A DNA stretch of 64,000 nt, taken from NCBI GenBank assembly GCA_002633005.1, contig NMRA01000973.1, positions 18,864 through 82,863 of the forward strand, given 5' to 3'. Of this stretch, positions 12,796-26,752 are shown piece by piece (within the stretch, counting starts at the first letter, position 1; every line of letters begins with the position of its first letter). Source of the DNA: Phoronis australis. Taxonomy: Eukaryota; Animalia; Phoronida. The translations under genes and the position numbers were made by a program. The notes under the pieces were generated by a model. It did no database searches. It was not told the DNA's origin and saw nothing but the letters and a program-made list of their open reading frames with translations.

Positions 12796-13908
12796 GTCTC
12801 CTACTTATTTCAGACTAACTCCAGCTGTTCTCACGAAAAAATAAACACTTGAATTACTTTTTGATGAGAATCTCTATTATGCAATTCGCCTGTAGAGTTA
12901 TCGAGAGCCCATTTATAAGCTGTTCAAACATGCTTTAAAAAAGAATTTTTGTTATTTTTGTAAATAGCCATTTTTGCCACTAGGCCTACACCAGACTTGT
13001 CATCTTTTATAACCCTACCACAGCTTCGATGCTACGTTTAAAATTAACTGAGATCTACCTTTATGCACTGAAACTACAAAAATTAGAAAGTTCATCAGAA
13101 GGTAGGCCAAACTTAAATGTTTAAAGGGTGCAATTACGGCCAATTCCATGCATTAATTTGACTCGGACACAGCCCTAGACCTACCGGAGCTAACTGGTTG
13201 CCTAGGATGCGAAGAATGTGTACCTAAGTTATTAACCTGAGCTTTTTAATCTAAATCATTAGTTATAAGATTAGAAAAGCGTATACAGTGCTATCCACTG
13301 TATTTTTTCGCCCTCTTGCCATGAGCCTCGGTCCTACCGTAGAAGTTGTGACTTCGGTCTCCCGGCGGTCTACCAGGCGTACGCCTGTTGTTTGATGAAT
13401 ATCTCTCGCTGATCAATGAGAGGACTAAATTTGCTTTTATGTTTTGTTTAAAACCGATGAAAAGAAATCTTGATCTTACTGCTTATCAAATATGCTTGTC
13501 GTTTTGCATATCCTTGTCTTCGGCAGAAGTTCGCGTTGATCACGGTGAAAACGGATTCGGATTATTTGCCCATGTAGCTTTATAATTGTTACCCAAAACT
13601 GTGAAGTTACAACAATTTGTAAGAAATGAAGTTAAAAGTTGGTGCCAAAGGCATTACGAAAATGTTTGGATTTGCACCAAAACCTTAGGCTACTTTATCC
13701 TTCAGTTGTCAGACTGACCACCACCTGCAGGGCCAATCTCCGTCCGTGAGTCGTGACTGGCGGACCCCATGTTCTGTATCTACTTAGTTGCATTGCCACC
13801 GCGCGGAGTAGTTTTCTAAAGTAGTCCATTCGCGTTGCAAACTATTTAATCTCCCTCTACACTGGCAAGGGTATAACAGGATTGGAAACATACTGTACAT
13901 GAACTTCG

Positions 13909-13915
13909 TATGAAA
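13909..13915 (+). promoter_or_regulatory. Variant TATA box of gene B (TATGAAA)
   Basis: Positionally homologous to TATAAAA at 55948 in gene C, within a conserved ~200-bp upstream block. Confidence 0.4.
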
Positions 13916-13969
13916 GACATTTTAGCATAAAACGTATGACTGGAGAAATTCGCCTTCAGTCATCGTGGT

Positions 13970-14076
13970 ATGATGTGGTCTTCTGCCATCTTCTGCTTCA
14001 TTGTGATGTTCGCGCTAGCACCGCACGTGAAAGGTGTAAAGCAGCGTGAGCCCGGGTTTTTAGAGCAGTTAAAGAG
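13970..14076 (+). CDS. Gene B exon 1: signal peptide + short pro/linker region MMWSSAIFCFIVMFALAPHVKGVKQREPGFLEQLK(R)
   Basis: ATG, hydrophobic core, V-K-G small-residue cleavage motif, donor GTAAGA at 14077 in phase 2; 18 of the first 22 aa identical to gene C. Confidence 0.85.
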
Positions 14077-17000
14077 GTAAGATAGATAATCAAGACACGC
14101 CTGTTGCTCAGTCAAATAACGCTCCCTAGTTAGGCAAGACTCAACTTCGGTACATCGCACTGTAGAATAAATGTTATATTGGACACTCAAAGATACCGAT
14201 AGCTCGTTTCAGTGATTCAAATTTTATTTGCCGTCCCCTGTCTAGTATTGCTGATGGGAAGAAAGATACATGAAAGGATAACTGAACGCAGAGAATTGTG
14301 GTCTAGAATGAAGATATGGAGGAACAGAACTCGCCGAAGATTTGTTTTCTTGATAAGACGAATGAGCAGAGCAAGTTCACCGGCTATATCCAATCGTAAA
14401 GTAAGAAGTTGCACTGTGTTTCAATTCCATGTGCTAACTTGAATTACGGGCTTTTTAAGAAATATTCATGGTGCGCATGTAATCGGAGCACCATAATCAG
14501 GACAACTTGTACTCAAATATTTCGCATATAACACTTATCACTAACATTTATCCGATCAGTCCGAAAACAAAAGAAACACTGGACGTGTTGACCACCGCAG
14601 GTGTTTTCAAGCAAGAACTTTTCAAAGTGTAACTTGCAATCTTACACATAGTTATAACCACCTCATCACTTATTCGCATCTGTCCACTGAAAATTATTCC
14701 ATCTCCTATCACAAGTTAACATGCCGGTGAAAGAAAAACGTTTATTTTGGGACCGAACAACACCAACAATGGGTTGATCATTAGCGCAGATTTTAAAATT
14801 AACGATACATAAAAACGGCAAACGCAAAGCTAGAATCGTTTTTCAGCGTCAACTGAGATCCATCCTTCGTAAAAAATCCTATATTTTCGAAGTTACTGCC
14901 TTCTGAGCGCTTCGGATTAGAAACACAAGATTGCGTGTTTAGAGTCTTTGCACCAATTGGTGCAACACTCTGCAAATAAAATCTTCGAAGTGAAGGCCCT
15001 TTGCAATGTCTTCTTTGCCATAGTGCCCAACCACTGCACTAGCCCGGGGACACCATGACTCCAGGGGCCCCACGCTGATTCATGTCATGGTAAGAAGTCA
15101 AATAATACAAATTTTACGAGTTGGTGCCAGTCCCTGTAACATGACCTACTTGCATGAATGAGCCATCCAGAAAGTTTATTGAATAACGAGCACGTAAAGC
15201 ATTCAAATACATACATGTACAGGTAGGAACTGTTCGATACAGTGTACGGGCACATTCTCACCTACCACCACGGATTTACTAATGCGCAACAAGTAAGCTA
15301 AAGCAAGAGAGGTGCCCGCACAAAACGAGGACCTGCGCCCTGTTCTCACAACAATGTCGCACATTTAAAGACGCATGACGTTATTTTTAATTTAAAACTC
15401 TTGTCAATCAAACTTGTTCCAAGGCTCATATCTCGCACGGAAAATTGAGCGTTGTAAGACACTGGCACTGTGAATGGATGTGAGCACCGACCTACGATTA
15501 ATTGAGTGCGTTCAGAGTTATGAATTGGTGTATTTGTTGGTTCCTGCCTTTTAGTGCACTTTTGTCTCCTTTTTAACTTTTTTGTTTTTCTGAGGTGGAC
15601 CTTTTTGCCAACTTCGTCAAATGACTCGTTCGAGCCCTCGAGCCACCCCTGATTGGACGCATAGAATGTGACAACCTTTTCCGACAAATGCATTCCCCGG
15701 CTTAGATTTGTTTGCAGCGGCAGTGTGGAAGGAGAAACGAGGGCCCAGATCCTCTTTCTTTAGGTATTTTAGGGGGAAGGTGTGCAATCGCACGTTTAAG
15801 GTGCCATGTACCGCTTTTTGTGTGCGACAAATAAAAACACGGTATGCTGCACTTTTAAGGGTAGGGGTCGCATTCTTCCAATTGGCCGTCTAGCTAATGG
15901 ATGCCACAAAGACACTGTTTGCTTGTTCCTGTTTGAGACGCTCCTGACTGAACATTTCACAACGTCGTTTACAACATTTTGTTTAAATTTGGTTTCATGG
16001 CACGTTAAAACAGTCGATGTTGACGTGGAACGCTATTGGTTATCAAATTGGACGAAGTGGACATTCCAAAGTTTCCAAACATTGGATTTATGTTACGAAT
16101 GTTTTTGAGTCAGATTGTAAAGATCAGATTTTTAAAGATTCAAATCAGTGCAATTTGAGGCCAACAATGGCCAAGAAATAACTTAATTGCGCACGCGCTA
16201 CATGTGAAGCTTCCAAATGCCAACTATTAGAAGAAAAACTTTAAGACATGTTCACAAAGAAGATCTGTTCTATGGGACACGGTATGTTACCATCTATACA
16301 AACAATCCAGCAAGCGCACATACCGTTGTCAAGCTGAAGCCCGTGCTTTATTATACACCTCGGCTTGACACCTAAAAGTGACTGGTGTACGGTTTACATG
16401 CTGGATGAAACGCTAGCAGCAAAACAGTCAAATAATGTGAGCGGTCGCAAGGGTCATTTTTTCTGGCGCTTTGCTGCAGCTCTGAGTTATTTCAAAAGTG
16501 TTGGCGTTTTCGGTCCGTAACACTTTTGTTGCCAGACCGCTTACTTTAAGTGACACCCATGCACTAAAGCAAAAGGCCTTTGTTGCATTGTTACGCAAAT
16601 AAATTTATGGCAGAGAGTTAACTTGTTTCGACACCACTCTTTGTAAAAAAGCCACTCGGTGGATACTAAAACAAACTACTGCTGACGGAAACCTTTGCGA
16701 CAGGACACCTTGTCCGTCTGGCTATTTATGCAGTCGTTTTCAAACCTGTGGACTTTATTTTGATCGCAATATAAACCAGGGAACCAGAATACGCCATAAA
16801 ATACGGCCTGTCCGGTATTTTCAACTAGAGACTAAAGAACGCGCATCATTGGTCGAAAAGGTCTGTCCGCGTGTGGTATTGTTTTGGGTCTTNAGCTCTG
16901 AGTTATTTCAAAAGTGTTGGCGTTTTCGGTCCGTAACACTTTTGTAGCCAGACCGCTTACTTTAAGGGGGACCCATGCACTCAAGCTAAAGGCCTTTGTT

Positions 17001-18062
17001 GCATTGTTACGCAAATAAATTTATGGCAGAGAGTTAACTTGTTTCGACACCACTCTTTGTAAAAAAGCCACTCGGTGGATACTAGAACAAACTACTGCTG
17101 ACGGAAACTTTTGCGACAGGACACCTTGTCTGTCTGGCTATTTATGCAGTCGTTTTCAAACTTGTGGACTTTATTTTGATCGCAATATAAACCAGGGAAC
17201 CAGAATACGCCAAAAATACGGCCTGTCCGCTATTTCCAACTAGAGACTAAAGAACGCGCATCATTGGTCGAAAAGGTCTGTCCGCGTGTGGTATTGTTTT
17301 GGGTCTTGTGTGCATTCCGTAGACAGGAGAACCTTGCGAGAACAGACAATACGTCGAGTGTTTTGTTTAATTAGACTTGTGCACCTACGGTCGAGATAGT
17401 CGCACGGCTCAGATTGGAATCGATTTTATGTTGCATCAAGCATTTCGACGAAATTTAATTCTAAGCATAGTTTTAAGTCAAGAAACGAGTCGATTGATAA
17501 AATATGAAAAGCAATTTTTAATGAACTCGTCACCCGCCAATCAACACAATTTTTGCGTTATTAATCCATATGAACATCTCACGTTCCTTGACTGGCAAAT
17601 CCCTAGGAAATTTCCTTATAAAAGGGTTATTGGTGAAGGACTTCTACTATAATTTAAAGAAATTCGCTGAAAACTAACTGAAAGCCCAAATTTTCCTTTC
17701 ATTTTGAATGATAAAGTACCATTCAAAGCAATTTTCGTGTAACTGAAGCATTTTATTATGGAGATGTCAAAAATACACACACCCCATTTTTCTGCCGAAA
17801 GTTAAACCAAACTTATGCACTAATTAAAACACAACCTTTATTTTGCATGTATTATATGTAGGTCAATACAACAACGAACACAAAACTGTTGGCACTTTAA
17901 AATTGATATTTTAGTATGGATACAGCAAGCCACTGTGGATTGTTACGTCATACAGTTAGAGAAAACTTGTTGCGCTGCATCTTTCGAACGTTTCTTGTGA
18001 CAAGTCTAAAACAGTCTCACTTTGAAATTTTCAAAAACTATTAACAAGATATTCCGTTTCTA

Positions 18063-18211
18063 AAAATGACTGAAATACAACAAGGCAGTAGTCAAAATGA
18101 CTAAAATACAACAAGGCAATAGTCAAAATGACTGAAATACAACAAGGCAATAGTCAAAATGACTGAAATACAACAAGGCAATAGTCAAAATGACTGAAAT
18201 ACAACAAGGCA
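18063..18211. repeat. Minisatellite, 31-bp unit AAAATGACTGAAATACAACAAGGCAATAGTC, about 4.8 copies
   Basis: Head-to-tail near-identical units without spacers. Confidence 0.95.
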
Positions 18212-19498
18212 GAAGGTAACAAGAAAAGCATGTAACGGAAAAATCAATCTTTGTGGAATTTGGCAACACGTAAATAATTTCGGCTCATGGCTCGCAATTT
18301 TCACGCTCAGGTTTAACTTGACGTTTATCGTCCCTCTGCCAACTTCTCTTCATATAAACAAATCTAAAACCATTTTTTGTTGTTTTTTTCTTTCATTCGG
18401 CTGCAAAAATAATAAAATATGGCAATGTTTTAGTTACCAGAAACTGCTGTCCAAAGGTAAATAGCGAATTGATAATAAAAACAAAAGTGGTATTTACAAA
18501 GGACCAGCATTTACGAGTGCATAACAATGTTTGTGCGTGCGCGTTGCCCAGGTAACCAACGTAAATCACTGCAATACAAAGTTTCCAGGTGTAATTAACG
18601 ACTGACATTTTTCACTTTTACCACTCAAAAGACAAAACAAATGTGATAAATCAGTTTATCTGAACTAGTGTAAGTGTACTTGCTAGCATATATTTAATGG
18701 TCAATTTGTATCCTTCAAAAACTAATCCCCGCCTAAGCAGTTAAAGCCAACCCTGAGTCATCTCTTGTTTTCACACTACGTGGGGGTGACCCAAATCTTG
18801 TACCCGACAAGGAACGATTTCATGACGCTCACCCGCGCATGACCCCCGGTCAGTGTCTCGTTATTGTCTCTACCACCGATAAATTTTCACGAACTTAACA
18901 TTCATGAAGTCGCACAAATCTCGATGAATGGTCCATAAATTATTGGTCCGCAGTCAAAAACTGACTTTGGATTCACTCTGACGTTAAAATCTGGTTGGGT
19001 CATTTGTGTCTTACTTTGGAAGAGACTTCTAAGCTTGGAAATGAGCTGACCGGTCCAGGGCAAGTCAATATGTCGGGGCTGATGTCCAGCAATCGTCAAA
19101 TCTTCTAAGGCTTGGAAATCTCTATTACCTGAGAAAGGGATTATATTTATTACGATAAGTGACATAACTAAATTGCAGTTGCGTATAGCAGCTTTTGAAC
19201 AATTATCAGAAATGTAATAAGGTTAATTTTAAGTCAAATCTTAAAGTCAACGTACATTGTGCTTTTCGCCATGGTTGACTTTGTTTGAAAATAGTTTACA
19301 TATTATTTTAAGACCCGCCTTGTAAATTGTCTCCCATGGTGGCGGCCTTAAAATTTGGACAATATTTTTCTTTGTTTACTCTCGGCACGTTGAAAAGTAT
19401 TAACCATATTTACAAATACTAGGGTAGATAACCGGATGAAAATGAGCAAGCTAAGCTGAACTGTCCAAATCATGGGTGGTGGTAACGGGTTACCTTAT

Positions 19499-19640
19499 CA
19501 TGGGCGGCGCACCATAGGGGGATGGGGGACTATAGCCCCCCACTTTTTTCAGTGCTGCCCCGACCATGGTCTGTAGGCGATGAACCAGAGGGGGGCTGGG
19601 GGCTATAACCCCCACTTTTTTCAGTGCTGCGCCGCCCATG
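19499..19640. mobile_element. MITE with CATG termini and 5-bp TSD CTTAT (hAT5-like), copy 1
   Basis: TIR CATGGGCGGCGCA/TGCGCCGCCCATG; CTTAT at 19494-19498 and 19641-19645. Confidence 0.85.
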
Positions 19641-19679
19641 CTTATGCCAGGAATATGCGTCACTCACGGTTGTTCTTAA

Positions 19680-20600
19680 ACAGTACACACCATGGATTTT
19701 TGCACATTTTGAATTACCGGTGGCCACAGACTAAATGTATGATGTAAAATTTAGCTAAACCCATGTTTATTTTGTGTAATTAGCTCGAAATTTTGATTTC
19801 TCTATAAATTTTGCCACTTTTCACATTTCCCGCCATGTGACGTCATGGGTTGAACACAAGAGATCAGTGACTAGCATTGAACAAAGGCGGAGAGCAGGAG
19901 ATTTGAAAGCGACGACGATTATGAGCAAGAATTGAACGAATACTATGAAGAAACGTACGGGAATGGTGGCCAGGATGAGGAAATAGGGTTGCACGAAAGC
20001 GAGAGTAAGTTTAATGTGCTTCCAGCAGCGTACTTCTCTACTTTGAGCCTTACGAAATGGATCCTCCCGCGAAAGAAGCGGCCTCGGGCTCAGCGAGTCA
20101 ACCCAGTCATACTACAGACGATCCTGAATTAAGAACTGATGTTTCTGAATGATAAATATTGTCCTTTTTTGAACCAGGCCTTCATCGTAACGTCTCCTGT
20201 GACTGGAATCGAAACACGATTCCTCAAAGTGGGCAGAACACAGAGTGGCCCCGGACCGAATCGCTTGGTCCACGATGACGTCCCACACTCTCATTCCGCG
20301 CACGAAGCGATGCCACTTCTGCGCAACTTTGGTGTCCCTCGGAACAACGAGACGTTCTCTGCCTGGCTGCAGTTGCTGCAGCCTCCGGAAAGACATCTTT
20401 TGATCCCTCTACGAACCTTCTCGACGCTAAATGTACTTTGCTTTCTCTTCACTCTATACTCTTTGTCTCTGATCAGAACAGTATGGCGAACGACTTGGGT
20501 TCAACCCATGACGTTGTACATAATTATTATTTTTTCAATTTTTGCGTATTTCTTTATGAGCTGTGTACTAGAGTCATGTTTTGTACACTTTAATTAACAT
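19680..20600. mobile_element. Internally deleted Kolobok-type relic: acidic KolX-like start on +, THAP domain on -
   Basis: Starts after TTAA; inverted motif GACGTCATGGGTTGAAC (about 19839 and 20495-20512); minus strand QKWHRFVR...LCSAHFEESCF is THAP; plus strand acidic ...FEPYEMDPP; right end not resolved. Confidence 0.55.
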
Positions 20601-20899
20601 CAAGTCTGCACTAACTTATCACGTATCTTGCGATTCCAACAAATGTGATCAATTTGTGAGAACATTGAACATGATATGTTACATACATAGGAACCGTAAT
20701 TGCAAAATGAAATGCGTTTGATCAGGGCTTCCTCCAAATCTGTGTTTGTAAATTTAGAACACATCAAAATGTTTTATCAGAAAAACTATCTCACCAGGAT
20801 CTCTGTAGAAAACCAGATAGTTATTCTCGGTATATTCAGCTGATACGACAAAAATAAGCATTTAGTCATATTAGCGATAATACCTGGGTCTAGGAAAAC

Positions 20900-23800
20900 A
20901 ACAACACCTTCAGCCAGTGACGGGTCAGTGACTCGAAGCATTTCGTCGTGTGTGCCTAGAAGTGAGACGAGCCCAAAGACTACAGATATATCAAACCGTC
21001 AACTATTAGAAATACATGTGATAAATGACAAGTTCGAAAAATTGTCCAACGATTTTGAGTCTCTCAGACGCGAATATGAAACGTCAAGGGAAGATAACTC
21101 TATCTTACGTGATCAAGTCAAATAAATGGAAGAGAAGTTAGATGATTTAGGGAATCGATCAAGGCGAGACAACCTTATATTCCATGGCATTGTTGAAAAT
21201 GGTAACGAAACCTGGGAAGAATCGGAAAATCAACTTGAGGAGTTTCTCAAGCAGCAGCTGAATATTAAAGACATAAACATCAAGCGAGCTCGCAGACTGG
21301 GCCGTAGAACCCAGGGGAAAGTGAGGCCCATCATAGCAAAACTGAATTCGAAAGATAAGCAAAAAATAATGAGGAAACGAAGAGAAATGAGAGACTCCGA
21401 CATATTCATAACAGAAGACTTCTCAATCTGGGTTAAGAAAGCAAAGAGAAAGCTGTACGAATTTTCACAATCACACAGTATGGAAAACGTCAAATCAGCT
21501 TCAACAAGCTGATCTATAATGGCAGAGTGTTTGTGTACGACGAAGAGAACGATGTGATAAAAATTAAAACCCTGCACAACTAATGCTTACCCACGCAACC
21601 AATCAACCCGAGCGGAAGCCGCTGTTCAACATGACGATCAGGTATTTCACATGGCCAGCTCGGCTCAAGCACAGTCGGACCAGTACTAGAGGTTAGGCCA
21701 AGGCCCGCAAGACAAGTCGTCATAGAAATTTATGTGTTGGAATATAGAAGGTCTAAAGCATCAAATACAGAGAGCTGATTTTGTAAATACGATACGTACA
21801 GTATATATGATATTATCACTTTTGTTGAAACATAGGGAATGAATGAAAATGAGTTTACACTGGAAGGTTACCAATGTTTTGGGTCAGTGAGAAATAAACA
21901 CCTTCAAGCATTTCGGAATTCTGGTGGTGTAGTATTATTTTGTAAGAAAGTATTGGTGGCTGTTAGGCTTCCTTCAAGTTTGTCTGACGTTTTATGGGTA
22001 AAAATTAACCTACCCGATAAACCCTTATCATGTTTTAGTTGCGGTTGTGTATTAGTCTCCAAAAAGTTCAAGCAAAAACTTGAAATAATGAACTACTTGA
22101 GCGGGAAGTGCAAGGTTATACTGCCGAAAGGAGGGGGGCTTGTCACCTTTTAATAATGGGCGATTTTAATGCTCGTACGCGTAACAGGCCAGACTTTATT
22201 GAAGATGATAGTATTAAGTATAATGATGAATCCAGTCCTATTTTTGATTGTGTTGATTATTTAGAAGATAGCGTGTGTTGTAGGACCTCACAAGGTAATA
22301 GTGAGGTGAATGAGTTTGGTACAGAATTATTAGAGAGGTTTGTCGAAGAAATGAGATAAGAATTCTGAATGGAAGAGTGGGGAAAGATACAGACATTGGT
22401 AGTGTAACATGCGTGACTTATAATGGATCAAGTGTTGTTGACTATGTCATGATGAGCAATGATTTATTGTACTGTGTGGACGGTTTTAAATTGGGCAATT
22501 ATGTAAATCGCCTGCCCACTTTCCATTGATTCTTATGGCTCGAGGTAAACAGATTTAAAGTGTTTATAAATGGAACGAGGAGTTAAACCTAAGATATGCA
22601 GAAAACCGGTCGAAACCGAAGGTGGATCAGTTGCTCGCTGACGTACAGAGTCATTTACCCTCGACCATAGATTCAAGTGTAGGAAGTTTAACGGAAGCCG
22701 TTAAATTATGCGCAGCGGATATGTTAAAAACAAAAGTGAACATATCTTATAACCCAGTTAATAGTTTTTCCAAATGGTTTGACACTAATTGTAGGGAAAT
22801 GAGGGTTGTTGTTAGGCAAAAATTAAGTAATTTTAGATTCAGTATTGGAACACAGAGAGAAAATTATACGAGCTAGAAGGGATTATGGAAATTAAAAAAA
22901 TGAAACAGATAGAGTGTAACAAAAACGTTACAAAATTTGAAATCAGCTGTGGAGAGTAAAGACAGTAAAAAATTCTGGCGCATATTTAATATTAGGAAGA
23001 AAAGTATATCGACGAATATTAAACCGGAGGAATGGATAAATTACTTCAGCTCTCTGTTTGAGGCAACTATTTTGTTTCTAATCCGGAGTTCGCTGAATTT
23101 CATGCTTTTATTGAGAACTCAGTAAAAAATGACATCAATTCAAGTAATGCAATTGTTGATATGGAGATAGACGCTGAGATCACAAAAGACGAAATTATAC
23201 AAACCATCGGTAGTATGAAAGACGGCATTTCGCCAGGATATTATAAAATTAGCATTGAGTTCTACAAGTATGCTGATAAAAGGTTGGTAGATTTGCTGTT
23301 CCATCTATACAACAATTTTTTTTTAAATGGTGTGTTTCCAAAAGAATGGACAAAATCCTTTAAAGTACTGGTATTTAAGGGCGGTGCCAAAATTCCTTAT
23401 GCAAGTCACAGCCAAAATATTCGAAAAAATATTGTGCCAGTGACTTCAAAAGATGGTTGGAAAGAGAAAACGTAATTAGTGTGTCTCAAGTTGTGTTTAG
23501 GAAAGGGCACAGAACTGTGGATCACATGTCTGCTTTATGAACATTAATAATTAAATAGTTGACACGAGAGAAAGGTAGACTCTATAGTGCTTTCGTGGAT
23601 TTTAAAGCAGCTAATGACAGTATATACAGAAGCGCATTACATTTTAAATTAAAGAACAATAGCATAGAATTTAAGGTGTTATGTATAAGATAATCAAAGC
23701 AATGTACGCTGAAGTAAAACCGTACATGTACGTGAGATTGAATAACGGGAGGTACACGGAGTTCTTTGATTGTCATAATGGTCTAAAACAAGGCTCTCAG

Positions 23801-25122
23801 CCTTCACCGTTTTGTTTATATTACTTATAAACGATCTCGGGCAAGAATTAGAATCCGGTGGCGGTGAAAAAATTTCCATAGGATAAGGTGGATTATTGCA
23901 TCTGTTGTTTGCTGATGATTTTGGTTTTATTTTCTTACAGAGTGAAAGGACTGTAGAAAAAAATTGAACATTTTATATGAGTATTGTCAGAAATGGAAAT
24001 TGATTGTTAACATGTCGAATACTAAGATAATTGTTTTCAGAAAGGGTAAAATGTTACGATCGTATGATAAATGGACGTATAATGGGAATACTGTTAATAT
24101 TGTAAATGCATTTAAGTATTTAGGATTAATGTTTACTACAAAAGGTTCGTGCTCTTGCGCACAGAAAGCTATCATTACAGGCTACTAAGGCAGAGAATTT
24201 AATGAGGAAAAATGTCAGCGGTTTTAATGCACTCCTTGTTAAAGTTAGTTTGAAATTTATCGATTGTAAAATATTGCCGATATTTCATTATGGCTGTTAG
24301 ATCTGGAGTTTTAGTGATTGCGAATGTGGTGAAAGAGCCCACAAAATTTTTGTAAAGAAATTTTAATTTTGCCTAGCACGGCAATTTCGTCGACTGTTAG
24401 AGGTGAGATGAGTCGTTACTCCTTGAATGCTTATCGCTTCCCAGAATTGTGAAATATTGGTCAAAATTATTAAAAACCGATGCATAAAAAATTACATATC
24501 ATTGCTAAGAATGGCAATATAATATGACGGATAATGTTGATAAACCATGTTGGGTTAATGATGTTAAGAAATTGCTATTTCAGTTTGCTTTTGAAGAAGC
24601 ATGGTACAATCAGGGTGTAGGTTCCGAGACAAGCTCCATATCACTTTTAAACTAAGATAGAACGATATTGAGCAGCAACAATGGCAAGAAATTTTGAACA
24701 ATTCGATAAAGCTGAAAACTTACAGAACTTTTAAGTTAAATATATGTTTTGAAAACTATTTAGATGCAATTGACGATGTAAATGTTAGATCTGATATGGT
24801 AAGATTAAGATGTTCAGCGCATGCACTACTGATTGGAAATGGTAGAAACTTGAAACTTAGCAGACCAGAAAGGTTATGTCCTCTCTGTATTAGGGCATAT
24901 GTCGAGTCAGAATATCATTGTGTTACCGAATGTCCATTCTACGATGACCTTAGGAAACGGTATTTGCCTGCATGGAGCTACAACAATCCCAATGTTACAA
25001 AATTCAACAGACTCATGACTATGAAGGAAAAAGACCTTATATGATCAACATGTAAATATGCTGATTTCGCATTCAAGCGAAGAAGAACTCGGTTTACTTC
25101 TAGTGTTTGAAACTCACCTTTA
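20900..25122 (+). mobile_element. Near-full-length decayed LINE (RTE-X-like): ORF1 + APE-RT-zinc knuckle ORF2, many stops and frameshifts
   Basis: ORF1 coiled coil + NRSRRDNLIFHGI, RPIIAKL, IFITEDFS; APE CWNIEGL, MGDFNART, SVVDYV; RT AFVDFKAA, LLFADD, FKYLG; C-terminal RCSAHALLIGNGR...RLCPLC...ESEYHCVTECPFY. Confidence 0.9.
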
Positions 25123-25337
25123 NNNNNNNNNNNNNNNNNNNNNNNNNNNNNNNNNNNNNNNNNNNNNNNNNNNNNNNNNNNNNNNNNNNNNNNNNNNNNN
25201 NNNNNNNNNNNNNNNNNNNNNNNNNNNNNNNNNNNNNNNNNNNNNNNNNNNNNNNNNNNNNNNNNNNNNNNNNNNNNNNNNNNNNNNNNNNNNNNNNNNN
25301 NNNNNNNNNNNNNNNNNNNNNNNNNNNNNNNNNNNNN
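25123..25337. other. Assembly gap (N run)
   Basis: 215 consecutive N. Confidence 1.
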
Positions 25338-25499
25338 TTCTAAGTTCGAAAGTGGTAAAATCTGTTGTGGACGCATACAGGTTATTAAAGTGGTCTTTGG
25401 AGGAGTGTATTTTAGCACATAAAGAATTTAACCGAATGTGACACATATATACATGTAGTTGCTGGGCTCGTATATTGGATGGATTGTAGAACAGTGGAA

Positions 25500-25959
25500 A
25501 ACCGGGATATATAACGTAGTGAGGCATATATCTAACGGGACATATAAAGTTGTGGGCTATATATTGTATACACCAAACGGGACATATATACTTGCGGGCT
25601 ATATATTGTACTGGGGCATATACCTAGTAAGGTATATATTATTGCGGGATATATATTGCTCCGGGGCATATACCCATTGGAGCATATATAATTGCGGGCT
25701 ATATATTTTATATATACCCCGGAACAAGGTCTCAAAATTTTACCCCGCTGCAAGGTTTCAAATAATCACCCCACATCTGCATATAAACATGTATATATAT
25801 ATATATACATATACATATACATACACACACACACATATATATATATATATAAATATATATAATTATTATTATTATTAGGTAAGCCTGAAGTATCTCCCAA
25901 ATAAACGGAGTTAATTTGTATTTGATGATTTGATTGGAACAAGTGCCGGAGGCCTAGTT

Positions 25960-26003
<44 letters not shown>

Positions 26004-26095
26004 CATACACACACACACACATATATATATATAAATATATATAATTATTATTATTATTAGGTAAGCCTGAAGTATCTCCCAAATAAACGGAGTTA
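25500..26095. repeat. Degenerate GGGxxATATA minisatellite followed by two copies of a (TA)n/(CA)n/(TTA)n block
   Basis: Short periodic units 25500-25720; microsatellite block + GGTAAGCCTGAAGTATCTCCCAAATAAACGGAGTTAA repeated at about 25878 and 26060. Confidence 0.8.
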
Positions 26096-26752
26096 ACAAA
26101 AGAATTTCAGTCAAACCTTTTTAATGATACCAACACGAAGATGTGAACCAATACACCACAGCAAGGCATTGAGCAGTCTGTGTTATTCACTAATTTACAG
26201 TCTGCTACCTTCCAAAGAAAATCATGATTCAATGAAAATTGAGTGTTCTGTTTGATTTAACGAATCCAACCAATTACTCGTATATAAGTTTCTAGTAATA
26301 GTTGTGAATAATTATACAGGTGAGCGGACATTGCAACAGACAGTAACTCACCGCTCAGATTAAAAACAATTATCGTCGTGAATAAAATCCCCAATGGTGC
26401 CTACACCAAAACTGTTGGAACTGTAGTTAGGGCCACACGATAACTTCTAACAATTCGTGACTCAGATTTTTGCCCAATTCATCCAGAAGTTCAAAAACTA
26501 TGAGCGAGGTAGTAGTAGACGACAAATAATGCTGGCCGGTAGGCTACTACATTCTGGCAGGGGGCATCAATCTCACTGTTTTTTCTACCCAGTTCACTTG
26601 AATTAATCTCACACTTAAAAATTGGGAGAACTGCTAACGTGCCGCATTGCCAAGAGAACTACTTTTCACCTCTATTCAAACGATTCTGAACAGAATCGAG
26701 TTTACGCCGTCTTGCTACTGTCCACGGCCGCCGACGTGAGCTCCCACCTGTA

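Larger units (their letters stand above)
9753..13295. repeat. Large imperfect inverted duplication containing relics of the Cys-rich gene family
   Basis: 9753-9901 pairs with 13150-13295; about 10205-10560 with 12810-13148; about 11170-11285 with 12690-12795. Confidence 0.75.

Noticed and set aside
16478-17307. ~415-bp tandem duplication around N at 16893
   Set aside because: Near-identical copies meet exactly at a single N, typical of overlapping contig ends or two haplotypes joined by the assembler
18063-18211. 31-bp repeats of CRISPR-like length
   Set aside because: No spacers, no cas genes, eukaryotic context: a minisatellite
24978-26114. Long ORFs spanning N gaps or (TA)n microsatellites
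   Set aside because: Open only because of N runs and low-complexity sequence
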